DNA from: Vicugna vicugna
Lineage: Eukaryota
Assembly: GCA_013265495.1 (NCBI GenBank)
Contig: MU058337.1
Span: 4,210,880 to 4,274,879 of the forward strand
DNA length: 64,000 bases
Direction of reading: 5' to 3'
Both the position numbers and the translations under genes were made by a program. Positions 38,461-52,788 of the stretch are shown in pieces (position 1 is the first letter of the stretch; every line of letters begins with the position of its first letter). Below the pieces are notes generated by a model. It searched no databases. It was not told the origin of the DNA and saw only the letters and a program-made list of their open reading frames with translations.

Positions 38461-40399
38461 AGAGAATGGTCACCATCCTAAGTAAGTTACAGGTATCCCA
38501 ACTTGCTTTAAATAACCATGAATTTGCTTCGCTGCTGTTTGTCTGAAACAGACAACCTATTTTGTAGGTAAAGCAGCACCCGGAACTTTGAATTAGAAGA
38601 CTCGGGTTTAGGTCAGTGTCTTCCTACTGGTGAGTGAATTTGGTAAAGCCAGTTAACATCTCTAAAACTGTCTCTTCCCTTGTAGGGTATATCTAGGTAA
38701 AGAGGGAGGAAAAAGGGTATAATATCAAACTGTTCTGTAAACACTGTACTCATGGCATAAGCTACCAGTGGTTCTGAATGTCCATCTTTCTTTTCTTCCT
38801 GGGCACACAGCCCAGGTAGAGACTACATTTCTGAGTATTCCCAGTATGCTCTGAGGAATATGCTCAGTTCAGCTTAACAGGACGGGGGCAGAAGGGATTT
38901 TCCCAGTCACCCTTCACTTAAGACCTGCTTGGCCAGCACTTTGGTTCTTTCCTCTTCCAGCAGCTTGCAACGCAGATGCAGCGGTGACCTGGTACAGGCC
39001 GTTCATGCACCACAGCAGCCTAGGGGATGCTGAACCTGGGACCCTGAATCTCTCAGGGTGCACACGCCTTAGCAGCTCACACTGGCCAGACCACTGAGCA
39101 AGAGGCAGGGTTCCGGCTAACACAGGCCATCGGATATGAACATCTCTTGGCTACAGCAGCTTCACCCCAGCTACTGCAGTGCAGAACAAATGTGAATTAC
39201 CTACGAAAGACAACAAAATTAAATTTTAGCAAAACTACTGTTATTCTACCTACAAACACATATGCAGAAAACTCCCCATGGTGCACCTTTGAGAAATGAG
39301 AATAACATGAAACCCCCCCCACCCAAAATGCTTCTGCTTTAAATGCCTCCAGAGAAAAGCAGCGTTAAAAAAGTGAGTGTATTTATGTGGAAGTCGACGT
39401 CAGAAGCTGCTGGAGAAGACTGAAGCAGAAGGCATATTTTCAATTAGGAGGCATAAACAGCGAGCGGAGGAAAGCAGCAGTTGCAGTCCAAGAATTTGAG
39501 GAGGTGGGCTGGAGAGCAGGTAGTGAACGAGAACCTTAGAAAGCACCCCGTGAAGGATTGTTGGAAAGTGTTCATTTGTGTTTGGGTTTCTGCAGTGAAG
39601 ATGTGCGTCTATTTGAAGGCTGAGGGAAGGAAATGAGTAGAGCTGAACTAGCAAAGAGGCCAGCAAAGCCACAGGCTCAGGAAGGGAGTACCTACAAGGC
39701 CTCAGAACCCGAGCTCAAAGTAACCGGTAAAACTATCCTCAGATTGATCTTCGCTCTCAGCACCCAGGACTTTGGGAGTTGTTTCCGCGAGGGGTCCAGC
39801 AGGGGCAGTGACAACTAAGCTTGGCTGAAGAAACATCTGCTAACGGTGAGCAGCCCCTGGAAGCCACGCCCACACTGGTTCCACTGCAGCCCTGAGCCTC
39901 CACATCCACTTGCACAGAAGTCAGCTGGCGACAACTGAGCACTTTAAGAGCCAAACCTCACAGGACACAGGGTCAGTGCTGACAGGTGGAACCACACACC
40001 CCATGTAGGCTTCCTACTTGTTTTGCTCAAACCACAGAAAACACACTCTTCTGGTACCTGTGACAGTGAAGGTCTCCCCAACTAGTCTTTTGAGTGGACC
40101 CCGAGGGCAAGTGGGAAGTGGTGGGGGGCAGGCCTGTACGAGTCGGGGGCACCTACCCACGTGGAGCGAGAACTAAGAATGACTTTCTTATCGACTGAGT
40201 GAGCATCATTCAACTGAAACCCTTTTCCCTCTTTTTAATGCTTTAACAACAGAAACATGGACAGACCCTGTGACTACAAGGAAATAGTCAATGAAGAGGA
40301 AGACACTAGAAAAAATGTGACATGTGAAGAAATAATCGTCAAGTTTGGCGTCCGTATTTTTAAAAACCACACGGCGAATGCAGAGATGGTGCAAATACT

Positions 40400-40411
40400 T
40401 TTAATTTTATC
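40400..40411 (-). terminator. ERCC5: Candidate ERCC5 polyadenylation signals (GATAAA then ATTAAA)
   Basis: Minus strand reads GATAAAATTAAA about 70 nt after the stop codon. I saw no canonical AATAAA in the following few hundred bases. Confidence 0.5.
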
Positions 40412-40477
40412 GTTTCCTCACAACAAATTCATGACGAAATGTCAGGCTGTGGGCAGTTCCACAGGACACACGTGTGT

Positions 40478-41053
40478 TCAGCTTGTCCTCTTCCTTCCTC
40501 TCGTACTTCGGCGTTTCCTCCTCTTCTTCCCAAACACAGACCTGGCGGTGACCAGCACGTGTGGTGCCAGCTCTCCGTCGTCCTCACTGGAGCTGCTGGT
40601 GGTCCCAGGGGCCAGCCGGCCCGGGTCCCGCACCTCTGAAGGGCCGACTTCCGACTCCCCGGCTGCTGTGCCCCTGGGCACATTCATCAAAGAGAAAGCT
40701 TCCCCGTCCTCACCTGAAGACGCATCAGATGACTGCGAGAGGTAGGCCTCCCCCAGAAACCCACCGCAGGGCTTGTCCCGTTTAGAACCCAGCAGCTTCT
40801 TTCTTTTGGGGCTGGATGCCTCTTTCCATCCACCTGCCGAGCTTCTCTTCGGGGTCTCCCCTTTCTCCCCATCAGGGGACTCAGCCTCCCTCTCCAAGGC
40901 GACAGACAATGCTTCTATTTCACTGGCTGCTGCCTCTCGTTCTTTTCGCAGCATGCATGTCACAGCGCGGTTCAGCCTCTGGCTCTTAATGCCCTTGGCC
41001 TCTTGATGCTCCTGCTGAGCTAATCTAAAGAAAGAATCGATTCGGAGCTGCGT
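40478..41053 (-). CDS. ERCC5: ERCC5 exon 15, coding part (PIP box, basic C-terminal NLS, stop)
   Basis: [14 protein letters not shown]...[28 protein letters not shown]-interacting motif QLRIDSFF; ttttAG acceptor; TGA at 40480-40478. Confidence 0.96.
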   Translation of the reverse strand, partial: TQLRIDSFFRLAQQEHQEAKGIKSQRLNRAVTCMLRKEREAAASEIEALSVALEREAESPDGEKGETPKRSSAGGWKEASSPKRKKLLGSKRDKPCGGFLGEAYLSQSSDASSGEDGEAFSLMNVPRGTAAGESEVGPSEVRDPGRLAPGTTSSSSEDDGELAPHVLVTARSVFGKKRRKRRSTRGRKRTS

Positions 41054-41425
41054 CTAAAAAAATGAAATAAGATAATGATAAATCAGATGAGTGAGTAAAC
41101 TTTCTAAAGCAAATCAAAGAGTTCCACCTTGATTACTGGCATTGGGTGACTCTTTCAGAAAATACTAATTCATTCTCTTTCAAAAGCCACTCTCTCCTAA
41201 ATGAATTACTGACAGTAAATTTTACTTTCGAGATCACACTTAAAACAGGACTTGCACCACTTCTGTTAACTGAGTCCTCTGTCCACAGATCAAAAGACAC
41301 ATCATCACACAACACCTTGAGGAGGCAACTTCACAGCATTATACATTAGGAGTCATGAGAAATATTCTTGATTTTTGTTCAGCACATCTACTTTCAGAAG
41401 AAATTCTTTAAAAACAGTTATATTT

Positions 41426-41516
41426 GGGGGACGGCATAGCTCAGTGGTACAGTATGTGCTTAGCATGCATGACGTCTTGGGTTCAATCCCTAGTACTTCT
41501 ATTTAAAAAAAAAAAA
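41426..41516 (+). mobile_element. tRNA-derived SINE (vic-1-like), short form
   Basis: Same head sequence, poly(A) tail, TSD-like aaaacagttatat / aaaaagttacat. Confidence 0.88.
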
Positions 41517-42674
41517 GTTACATGTTGGAAAAGTTATAAGCCTGATGTTCATCACAGCATTATATATGAAAACCTGAGAATTCAAGGTCCACTAAGTGAA
41601 CGGGACCCATTAAGTTAAATCTCTTTGATGAAATGTGATCTGTCCACTTCAAACAATGAAAGCTATGCAGTACACAGAAAAACCCTTAACGTTAACCAGT
41701 GACTGGGGGGGCAGTTATATCAAATTGCACTTATGTCTGGTAATAAATATATGTGGGAAGGAGGGGAAAAATAAAAGAAAATAAACCTAAATGTTAACAT
41801 CTGTGTTAGAGGAAGCAAACAACAAGTAATTTTAATTCATTTTTTTTCACTTAATAATTTTGGGGAAGTAAACATATTAACTTCTACAATGAAAAGGGAA
41901 AAAGATGTTACAGCAAGATTTATCTGAAACTGAGAAGCAGTCAGTCACTAAGCCAACTGGTTTTCCCTGTCAGCTGGCGTTCAGCGCTTCCAGTACAGAA
42001 AACGATCAAACAAACAATAGGAAACTTCCTGGAAAGGTCGTCCGCCTCAGTTTTATATATTTACTTTTTTTCAAAATTAACCCAACCTAGTGGGAAAAGA
42101 TTTAATTTAAATATAGACCTTACAGGATATGGTCTGAATTCTGCTGAGCTGTGTGCCTGCACGCGCGTCGTGTGGGCTGTCTCGGGGTGGGAGGAGGCTT
42201 CTGCGTGGACAGGAGCGTACTCATGGAGAAGCAAGACGCAGTCACCTACACAGGGGAACTGAGGGCCGTACAGAGGCCTCTTTTCTCCTCAGAAATCTCT
42301 CCCATCGATACACCATGACTGAATTTGTACCTTGGATGATTCACGTATAGAATTAAAGAACATTAATACTTGGAGAGACTTAATGATCAGGATTGCTTTG
42401 GACTGGGCCCTTCTTAGACTTTTAAAAAAGGAAAATAGCCCTGAAAGGGTAAAATGTTTAAACATAAACACCTCAGTGTGCAAACCACTATTAGACTGTT
42501 TTCTTCAAAATCAAAATATGAAAGGATATCAAAGTCCAGCCCTAAGAGTGAAATTGGAGATTGAAGACAAAGTCCAGTTTTCCCATTTTCTGTTTTCCTC
42601 TGTTCTCTTCTCTAAAGCACAATCATTTAAAAATGTCTATCACGTGCCCTAACATAGAAGAGCCACTGGCCTCA

Positions 42675-44038
<1,364 letters not shown>

Positions 44039-44674
44039 TCAGAGATGTAAACTCAAGTCCCAGCTCCAAAATGAAGTCTGTGACTTACAGAATAACAATG
44101 TTATCTTTTTTGTGTGTTATTAACACAATCTGTAAGGATGGCAAACACGGACTGGAAGCTTACTCTGGGTGTGACACTGTGTTACCTGTTCTACACGCCC
44201 CATCATCACACGAGCACCTCCTACCACCGTCCTCATGTCACAGACAAGGAGACTGAACTCAAGCAGGAGTCACTCGCTCAAGATTTCACAGCTGGGATTG
44301 GTACGATCTCCCTCCAGAACCCACACTCGCAAAGAAGTCACAGCTCCCCTGGGTCTCTTTCCCAGTGGTCAAATGAAGTAATGCACCTTGAGTCAACTAC
44401 AATAATGGACCCAGAATATTTAATAAAATAAAAATGCTAAAAAGGTGTTAGAATTTTAAACTGTGAAACAGAACTCCACAGCAAGTATGATCCCATTATT
44501 GGAGAAAATGCATATATGTGGAGAAAGAGAGGAAAAGTAAATAGGGACACTTAAAATAATAAAAAGTACGGACACCTATTATTTTACCGTGTGCTAGGCA
44601 ATCTAAGTGAGGAGACAACTGCATTGTTTTTATGTTTCATTCATTTTTCAATTTTTCCACTGTAGGCACAAATC

Positions 44675-45148
44675 ACTACAGTGGGTTAAAGATAGTCCCC
44701 TATTCTAAGACCCTCCTTCCAACAAGAAGTGTCCCCTCCCCTTGAGTTGGCTGGGCTTTTGGCTGAGGAAGTGACACTGTGCCAGGCCTTCAGAGACTGC
44801 AGTTTCCACTTCCTGTTTCTTAGAATATTAGCCGAGGAAGCAGCCGACATGCTGTGAGGAAGCTCCAGCTGGTGAAGAGGACCAGATGGAGAGGGTCCAA
44901 GTCCAAGGCCCCCGGGGGCAAAGCACGGGCTGCGTTCCAGCTGACAGCACCACTTGCCAGCCACGTGTGAGCCATCTCAAGTGGCCCCCCCAGCCCAGCT
45001 GCGATGCCCCCGACAGCTATGGAACCAGGCGAGACATCCCCACACAGCCTGATCAAACTGCGGAGTCCTGAGCACAATCTGTAACGGGGGCTGTCTGAAG
45101 TCACTGAGGTGTAAGGTAGTTTGTGGTGTGGCAACAGATAACCAGAAA
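44675..45148. mobile_element. MLT1-like MaLR LTR
   Basis: 'tcccctccccttga', 'ggaagtgacactgtgcca', 'ccagctgacagc', end 'gcaacagataaccagaa'. Confidence 0.65.
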
Positions 45149-45330
45149 AACCTAAACAACTTGGAAACAGGAATGGCAGAAGAGTTAAAAGCATAAATAC
45201 AACCCTCACCAATCTATGCATTCAACAGAACCTTTAAAAAAACTACATTTCACCACTTCACATACTTAATTAGACTTAAGAACTGACTCACAGACCTGCT
45301 CTCAGCCAGTGTGCCATCTCCCCAGTGCAG

Positions 45331-45346
45331 GAGCGCCATCTAGTGT
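45331..45346 (-). promoter_or_regulatory. CTCF-like motif in ERCC5 intron 12
   Basis: Minus strand reads ACACTAGATGGCGCTC. Confidence 0.55.
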
Positions 45347-46719
45347 TAGAACAGACTAACTGCAGTCTTCGTGCAGGATCAAAATGCCAAAGGGGAAAAA
45401 AAAGATCTACCTTCACCAGTTTTACAATATTGCTCAGAGTGCACTGGGAGAACACCTATAATTCTCCCCTACTCTCTTTTGAATTTTCTTCATTGAAATA
45501 GTCATCATAACTGCCAGCCTGGAATATCAGCACAATACACTGTCAGCTCCTCAAACGAAAAAGCTCACCCCTCCTTAAAGCAAGAGGCCCAGACACTTCA
45601 CATAAAAAGGAAAGAGGGCATCTGCCAACCAGCTGGGGTGGGGGTGGGGGGGTGGTGGAGTCGGGGTGTGTGGATACACAACAGAGAGTGGCAGCAACTG
45701 TGGTAAAATTGAAGAATCTGTGCCCTGACCAAGCCAGTGGGGAGGAATTGCTGTTCTGTTTTTGGCCTCTTTGGAATTTTGGACTCAGTATCTTCAGCTT
45801 TTTAATTTCCTCCCAAGAAAATCCAAAATTTTCTGTGAAACCTGCCCCAATTGTGTGGGTAGCCAATTCAAAATTTAAAAAGAGCACACTGTATGGGCCA
45901 AACCAAACACAGCCGGGCTCCACTGAGGCTGCAGACCCGGAGGAGCTCTGCTTTACGGGGGAGGGACTGGCCGGGCCTGGTGAGAACACAGCAGGCCACA
46001 CTCTGGGCTTCACTGCTCTTCCTCCGTCTTCCTGCTCGTTAACTGCACCATCCAACCCTGCAGAGCCCGGCAGGCTGGGGCAGAAACCGCCAGAGCTGAT
46101 TTAAGAGGTAACCACTCAAACAGCAACGAGCGACCAAAAACTGTTGAGGAAGAAAGAAAATGGCATAAACAGGCATGCGCTAGATCAGAACTGCAAACTG
46201 TCAAGAAACATGAAAAAAAATTTAATAACCAGGACACCAAATCAAAAAGTTAGAGGCCACTTTCACTTATCCTAAAATAATACTCAGGTAAGAACTCAAA
46301 GATACGGCTATGAAGTCACTCAGAGCAGTGTTCGTTTAGACCTTAAAAAAACCAGACATAATAATAGGCATTTGATTAAATTATTCAATCATGCTATATC
46401 AAAAGACTACAACGGAGTCATTAAAAACAGTGATGTAAGTCTATACACTGTTGATAATAGGCCCTGTTCTATCACCACATAAGTTACAAGTAACGCAAAA
46501 GTATATAGCATCATCCCATTCTTGTAACAAACAGTAACAAACACACACTGATATGAGTATAGTTGTCTATACATGTGTGTGACTATATATAAAATGCATG
46601 AGTACCCTGCACGCAGAAAAGCCTAAAATTATATAACCAAAATGCTACCTGTAATAGTTCTAATTCATATTTTATCATTTTCTAGTACATATTTATTATT
46701 TGTATAAAAGTTATTTGTA

Positions 46720-46893
46720 ACCTAATCACCTCCCTTACAACCCCCAAAAAACAACAAAAAACTCTTTTAGGGGAGGGGGCATATAACTTAAGTGGTAGAG
46801 CTCATGCTTAGCTAGGTCCTAGGTTCAGTCCTCAGCACCTCCTCTAAAAGTAAAATAAATAAATAAACCTAATTTTTAAAAAAAATTTTAAAA
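46720..46893 (+). mobile_element. Nested SINE: a tail-only copy followed by a second head-bearing copy (starts 46770)
   Basis: Outer TSD ataaaagt(t/g)atttgta at 46704-46719 and 46894-46909; tail motif 'acctaatcacctccc' precedes a second SINE head. Confidence 0.8.
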
Positions 46894-47358
46894 ATAAAAG
46901 TGATTTGTACTTTTGCAAGTTATTTATATATCATGACTTACAAGCAACCTAACAACTTACAGTATATACGTTGCCTCAACAACAATAAAATTATGAAGAG
47001 AGATGGAGAGAGCATGAAATAAACACTGGTATGTGTGCTAAGGCTGGAGGACAGCAGTCACTCGATTTTGTATTTAAGTTTTAATTCTAACCACCGAATC
47101 TTCAGACCAGAACATCCCAGAATTTTTCAAACACAGGAGCTACAACTGTAGAGAACACTAAAGAATCATTAAATCAACAACTGCCAAACAGTATCTTATG
47201 ACAAACTGATGACTAAAAGATGCCGTCACAACCTGGGAGCAGACTAAAAACCACTGAATTATGTACTTAAGAGTTAAATTTATGGTGTGTGAATTGTATT
47301 TTAATTTTTTTTTTTTTAAAAAGCCACCAAGGGGCAACCTTAAAAAAGAACTACTCTT

Positions 47359-47448
47359 GGGGAGTGGGTGTAACTCAGTGTAGAGTGCATGCTTAGCATA
47401 CACAAGATCCTGAGTTCAATTCCCAGTATCTCTGTTATAAAAAAAAAA
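47359..47448 (+). mobile_element. tRNA-derived SINE (vic-1-like), short form
   Basis: Head ggggagtgggtgtaactcagtgtagagtgcatgcttagc, poly(A), TSD-like aaaaaagaactact / aaaaaaaagctact. Confidence 0.88.
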
Positions 47449-48029
47449 GCTACTATATTAAGAAAAAATTAAAAAGTGTACTCCAAGCACAGCACCGCTC
47501 TGGGTCCTGCACCAAAGGCGACCCATCCCCCACCACTGAATCATCAGTCTGCACACAGCGAGACACCACTGGCACGTGTCCCCATGCCCTGCTCGGGCCG
47601 CTCTCCCTCAGAACACTCAGCACACAGAAGGACAGACACATGTACAAGCACAAGCCCCTTGGTGGACAGCCTGTGACTTAGTCATCTTCCCTATTCCAGC
47701 CTATCATGACATCTGGCACATAGTCACTACTCAGTAAACGCCTGAACGCATGGAATGGTAACTTCTACACCCCTGGGAAGCCCCACAGGACTGGCCATGC
47801 GCCCTTAAACTCGGAGAAGCCTGGCACCTTCAAAAACAATTGTCTCTGATTTTGTCAAACTCTAGACTCTAGAAAAGGGAAAACAAACTTGAGTAACCCC
47901 AACCAACACCTCCTCCTGGTTTCTCAAAGGACAATGATTTGTGACAGTTCATGACGTAAATCATAGTTCTGTTTAACCATTTATCTATATTCCAAGTACC
48001 TGAACTAAAGAAATTAAGAAAGAACTTAC

Positions 48030-48174
48030 GAGAATTTTAAGAGGGGTTCCAGGCCGTGTCCAGGAAATTCATTGAGAATTTCCATAGCTGTAACACAACC
48101 CACAGTTGGTACTCCTTCTGTATAATCACTTCCAAGCAAATAGGCCAAATTTATTAATTTGTTCCGGTCCAATC
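48030..48174 (-). CDS. ERCC5: ERCC5 exon 12 (GSDY / helix-two-turn-helix region)
   Basis: [47 protein letters not shown](S). 145 nt; ttacAG acceptor, GTaagt donor. Confidence 0.97.
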
Positions 48175-48744
48175 CTGTAAGAGTAAGAGTATTACATATT
48201 TTAAAATTGGTATAATATTAACATTTATGACATAACATTTATAAGCATCTTATTACGTAGCTAATATATATGCATACATATCCTTATCCAATGTTGAAAG
48301 ACATTTCGCTTTTACTATTTGAAACAGATTCTTTTTTAAAAATAGCTCTGTTAGGATTTTTAAAGTTTCATCCATCCTCACAGCTTTAAATGCCATATAA
48401 ACTCTGACCCCCAAATTCAGCTCTCTAACCTGGATCTCTCCTTGAACCACAGTCACTCATCCTCAACTGTTCCCTTAACTCTCCACTGGGATGTCAGACG
48501 GGCATCTCAGAAACAACACATCCAGACCTGGACCCCCACCTCTCCCTGCTCCACCGGCTCCTTCCTGAGTATCTCTCGTTAAAGTGAGTCCATTCTATCC
48601 TCGACTGCCCTCCTTCTCCCACGTCACAGAGCAGCCCACCTGCAGGTCCTCTCCACAGCACACTTGGCCCCACTTGACTTCAGTCTCCTCCTTCCTCTCT
48701 GATGTGAACTCTTACTGTTCTCATTCACTCCTGCTGGCCTCTGG

Positions 48745-49068
48745 ATCCGTTTCCTGGGCGGCCGTGACAAAGTACTCAGACTGAGGATTTATTTCCTCAT
48801 AGTTCTGGAGGCTAGAAGTCTGAAATCAAGGTGCCACGGGGCTGGTTTCTCCTGAGCCTCTCTCCTTGGCTCACAGCTGACTGTCTCCCTGCTTCTTCCT
48901 TTTATGTCCTGATCTACTTTTCTTATAAGGACACCAGTCAGGCTGGATTGGGGTCCACCCTAATATCTCATTTAAAGATCCTCTCTTCAAGCACAGTCAT
49001 ACTCTGAGGTACTGGGAGTTAGGACTATAACATCTGGATTTTGGGGAGACACAAGTCAGCCCCTAACA
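48745..49068. mobile_element. MLT1A/B-like MaLR LTR inserted in an L2 fragment (about 48360-49455)
   Basis: 'atttattt...agttctggaggctagaagtctgaaatcaaggtg', 'tcttataaggacaccagtc', ending 'agcccctaaca'. Confidence 0.8.
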
Positions 49069-49800
49069 GCCTCCATTCTTCCCTAGAACACATCAAGCAG
49101 GCTTCTGCCCCAGGGCCTTTGCACATGCCAGTCCATTTGTCTGACATGTTTCTCCACAAGGTATCCACAACACCTGCTTCCTCTCTCTTTAAGGCCCCAG
49201 CCCAAAAGGTACCTATTGTAAAGCCTTTCCTGACCACATGGGACATGCACTTCCTGTGACCACAGGTCACTGTCACCTCTCTTTTACTGCTTTATTTTTC
49301 TACATGGCCCATACCACTGTCAATTTATGATTCATGTATTTTTTATCACCTGTTTCTCTTACTAGACTGTTTTATTCCCTGCTGTTTCCCCATTCCCCAT
49401 TGCCAAGAACAATGGGCACACAGGAATCACTCAGTATGTATTTGCTGATTGAATGGGAGGACAAAGGATCACTGCCAGAAACAACATGGGACCATGAGGC
49501 GTCTCCCCCCCGCCTCCCCTCTACACCGCCTTTGGTTTACTCTAGAGAGCTCAGGGAAGCAGAGTGTCACCAGGCCTGATGATTAAAAACTGCACAAGAT
49601 GTCTAAATGGTACTAGGCTTTCAATTTCTTAGTTCTATGTTAAAAATCCCACTTTTCTACATAATCAAAAGATCATTTCTATGAAAACTTAAAATCTACC
49701 ACTTCCATTAATGCATCAGATTAGTTTCTCGGGAAGAAAAAATTCGTAATACAAATTCTGAAGGGAAACTGCAGAAGGTAAGCATACTCGGAAGTCTTAC

Positions 49801-50014
49801 CTAGTTGGTTGTGAAAGTCCACATACTGGTAGTATTCTACAAACTTGTTTTTATTAAAGAAGTTTTTATAGACATGCCGTGCTCCAAAGAGCCAAATATC
49901 GCTGTCATCAGTGATTGTTCCAGAAGTCTGATCAGTCAGATCCAGGATGGCACACTGAGCCTCTGCTTCCATGGGAGCCTCGATGTAGGGGATGCCAAAC
50001 AGGCGGAGAAGCTC
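49801..50014 (-). CDS. ERCC5: ERCC5 exon 11 (I nuclease region)
   Basis: [71 protein letters not shown](G), with the catalytic EAEA and DDSD motifs. 214 nt. Confidence 0.97.
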
Positions 50015-50090
50015 CTGGAGGGTTACAGACACACGGTGACCCTGGGAGATGTGGTACTGGGCCTCGAGCCAGAAGCAGGAGCAGTGCTCA

Positions 50091-50294
<204 letters not shown>

Positions 50295-50651
50295 CTATAA
50301 AGTAGATTCATTTGTAGATAATTATGTTAATAACCCAGTTAAGCTCATGTGTTATTAAAAAAAAAAAAGCCTGTATTTTGTCCGACTGAAGTTACAACTA
50401 AGATTTTTCTCCTTATGAAGTTTTCCACTTGCGTTTCTCAGCAAGTCTGTGATATCCTTAGGGTTCCCTCACTAAGTCACACGGAAAGTGGACACTAACC
50501 CAGACAGCAACCTACACAGAAAAGGAGGCATCAGCAGGAACAAGGTGTGTGCAAACAGCTACTAAGTACTCGCCCGGTAACTCCTTAAAACTCAGAGCTA
50601 CTTAACCCGGCTGCCTCAGCAATCAGTGAAAACACAACGCCGTGTTATTAC

Positions 50652-50899
50652 CAGATCAATATCTTGCCATTCACTGGGGGCATCGTCTGCCTCTCTCGCA
50701 GTTTCTTCAAGTGGCTCGGGATCCACGGCCTCTCTCTCAGAGTGGACTCTCAGGAGGCCCTCGGAGTCCCTGGGGGATTCTTCCCTCTCGGTTCCCACCA
50801 GCTCCTCTTCACCTTGTCCAGAGGGAGGTTTGGAAGCTTCGTGTAACTCAGCCTGAAGTTCATCGTCACTATTTACACTCCGCACTTCAATGAAACTTC
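50652..50899 (-). CDS. ERCC5: ERCC5 exon 9
   Basis: (G)[17 protein letters not shown]...[10 protein letters not shown]. 248 nt; acAG acceptor, GTaata donor. Confidence 0.94.
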
Positions 50900-51177
50900 C
50901 TGTACCAAAATAATAAGGTCACTTTACCTATAACTAAAACCTTAAAATCTCCTGAAATCATCAAGAGCTTTCCAAGGGGTCCTGAAAAATGTTCTACCCT
51001 AAAAAAACAAGAGGTTTGAATGCAATAGGAAACATGTAACTGTAGTATACTATTATTAAACTTTCAGTTAGATACACTGGCACTGTCTTTGAAATTAGAA
51101 ACCCAGCTTTCAAAAATTTACATATTTGCTTTATACAAAAATGTTCTCTAAGTTAGCTGGTATCGTTTTAAAATTCA

Positions 51178-51388
51178 GGAGGAGGGTATAGCTCAAGCAG
51201 TAGAGTGCATGCATGAGGTCCTGGGTTCAATCCCACATACCGCCACTAAAAAAAAATAATAATAATAAACAAATACACACACACACACACATATATATAA
51301 ATAAAATAAATTACCTCCCACAAATAAATAAATAAAAATTGGCCATGCTAAAAAAACAAAAATGATGAGCTAAAAAAATTTTTTTAAA
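51178..51388 (+). mobile_element. tRNA-derived SINE (vic-1-like) with an internal (CA)n
   Basis: Head has a deletion in the anticodon arm; TSD taaaattca at 51169-51177 and 51389-51397. Confidence 0.85.
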
Positions 51389-51827
51389 TAAAATTCAAAG
51401 AGATTATCAGGGTATACACAGTCATGGCAGTTGTTAAAAATATTATTATGCTGTTTCACTATGAACACAGCAAAGAATGAATAAAGCTGTGACTTAGTGG
51501 AAAGATCCTGCATGAGGACTCAGGAGAATCAGCTCTTCCTCTTCCACTTTCCTTCCCTCCTCTCTTGATGTCTTTTCTTTTCTTTAAAAAGTACTTACTG
51601 ATTCCCTTCCTTCACTTCAGGTGGAGGCTGGGTCTGAGGTCACACTCAGGACGTGGGACTCTTGGGGCCAGGGGGTGGGGCCAAGGAGACAGCCTTCCTC
51701 CAAGGAGGAGGCCGGTGAGATGGAGAGATGGTTACAATAGAGAATGAGCAAATAAGTAAACACACTGAAGATGATGGAAGGCTCCTCACTGTTAGAAAGG
51801 GAAATATCAAAAAAGCAGAGTCTAAGC

Positions 51828-51958
51828 GGGGAGGGTATAGCTCAGTGGTAGAGTGCAGGCTTGGCATGCATGAGGGCCTGGGCTCAATCCCCAGTACCTC
51901 CTCCAAATATAAATAAATAAACCCATTTACTTCCCCCTCATTAAAAAAAAAAAAGAAG
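51828..51958 (+). mobile_element. tRNA-derived SINE (vic-1-like)
   Basis: Full head and tail; TSD gcagagtcta at 51815-51824 and 51959-51968. Confidence 0.9.
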
Positions 51959-52788
51959 GCAGAGTCTAGAATGAGGTCTGTGACGCTGGACTGGAACTGC
52001 AGCTACCAGGGTGAAACTTGTGGGTATACACAGGGCCCCACTCACAGGTGCCAGAGTTGGGATTCAAACCCCATCTGATGGCCCCAGAGCTGGAGCTTCG
52101 TGGTCTACATGGCACTGCTCTCTCCCGTCTCCACACTCTGGTCACCTCTGCAGGGGAGCTGACATAAGAAGGTGGTGTCACCTTGCCACCCTCAGCTGGC
52201 AACGTCACATCAACTCACATTTTTTAGCCATTCTCCTCATGTCCACAATGACCACAAAGACACTACCGTGAGGGCTGACTCTGGGGTGAGAAAGAAATTT
52301 TAGCTAGTATGCAATTTTGCAAATATGAAATCTGCAAATAATGAGGATCAATTGTGTGCATACATATAAATAGAAAATATACATGTGTACATACAGGGAG
52401 AGGCAGAGAGAGATGATAAAGCCAGGGTGGTAAAATGCCAGCCACTGAGGTCCTGAAGGAAATACAGTGCTTTCAAATATTTCTTCAACTTTTTAAAATA
52501 TGTAATTGTTTCAAAATAAAAAGTTAAAAAAAAATTAAAGGAAAACTCACCGTTACTTTCTCCAACTAAGGCACTCCCTCTCTTTAAAAACAATAAAAAG
52601 AGTAGCCAAACAGGAAAGGTCAAGATTCCATCACTAGCTGTGTGTCTTTGGGAAAGTCACTTTGCCTCTCTGGGTCTCCAGTTCATCACCTGAATGAAGT
52701 GGGAACTGGACTACACTAAAGGCTCTCTCGGTTCCTGCAGAAGTGAAATCCTACTTGTCTTTCTCTCTCAAAGAGCACAAGCACCTAC

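Noticed and set aside
40257..41006. Plus-strand ORFs opposite ERCC5 exon 15 (also 52743-53282 opposite exon 8)
   Set aside because: These are antisense shadows of real coding exons.
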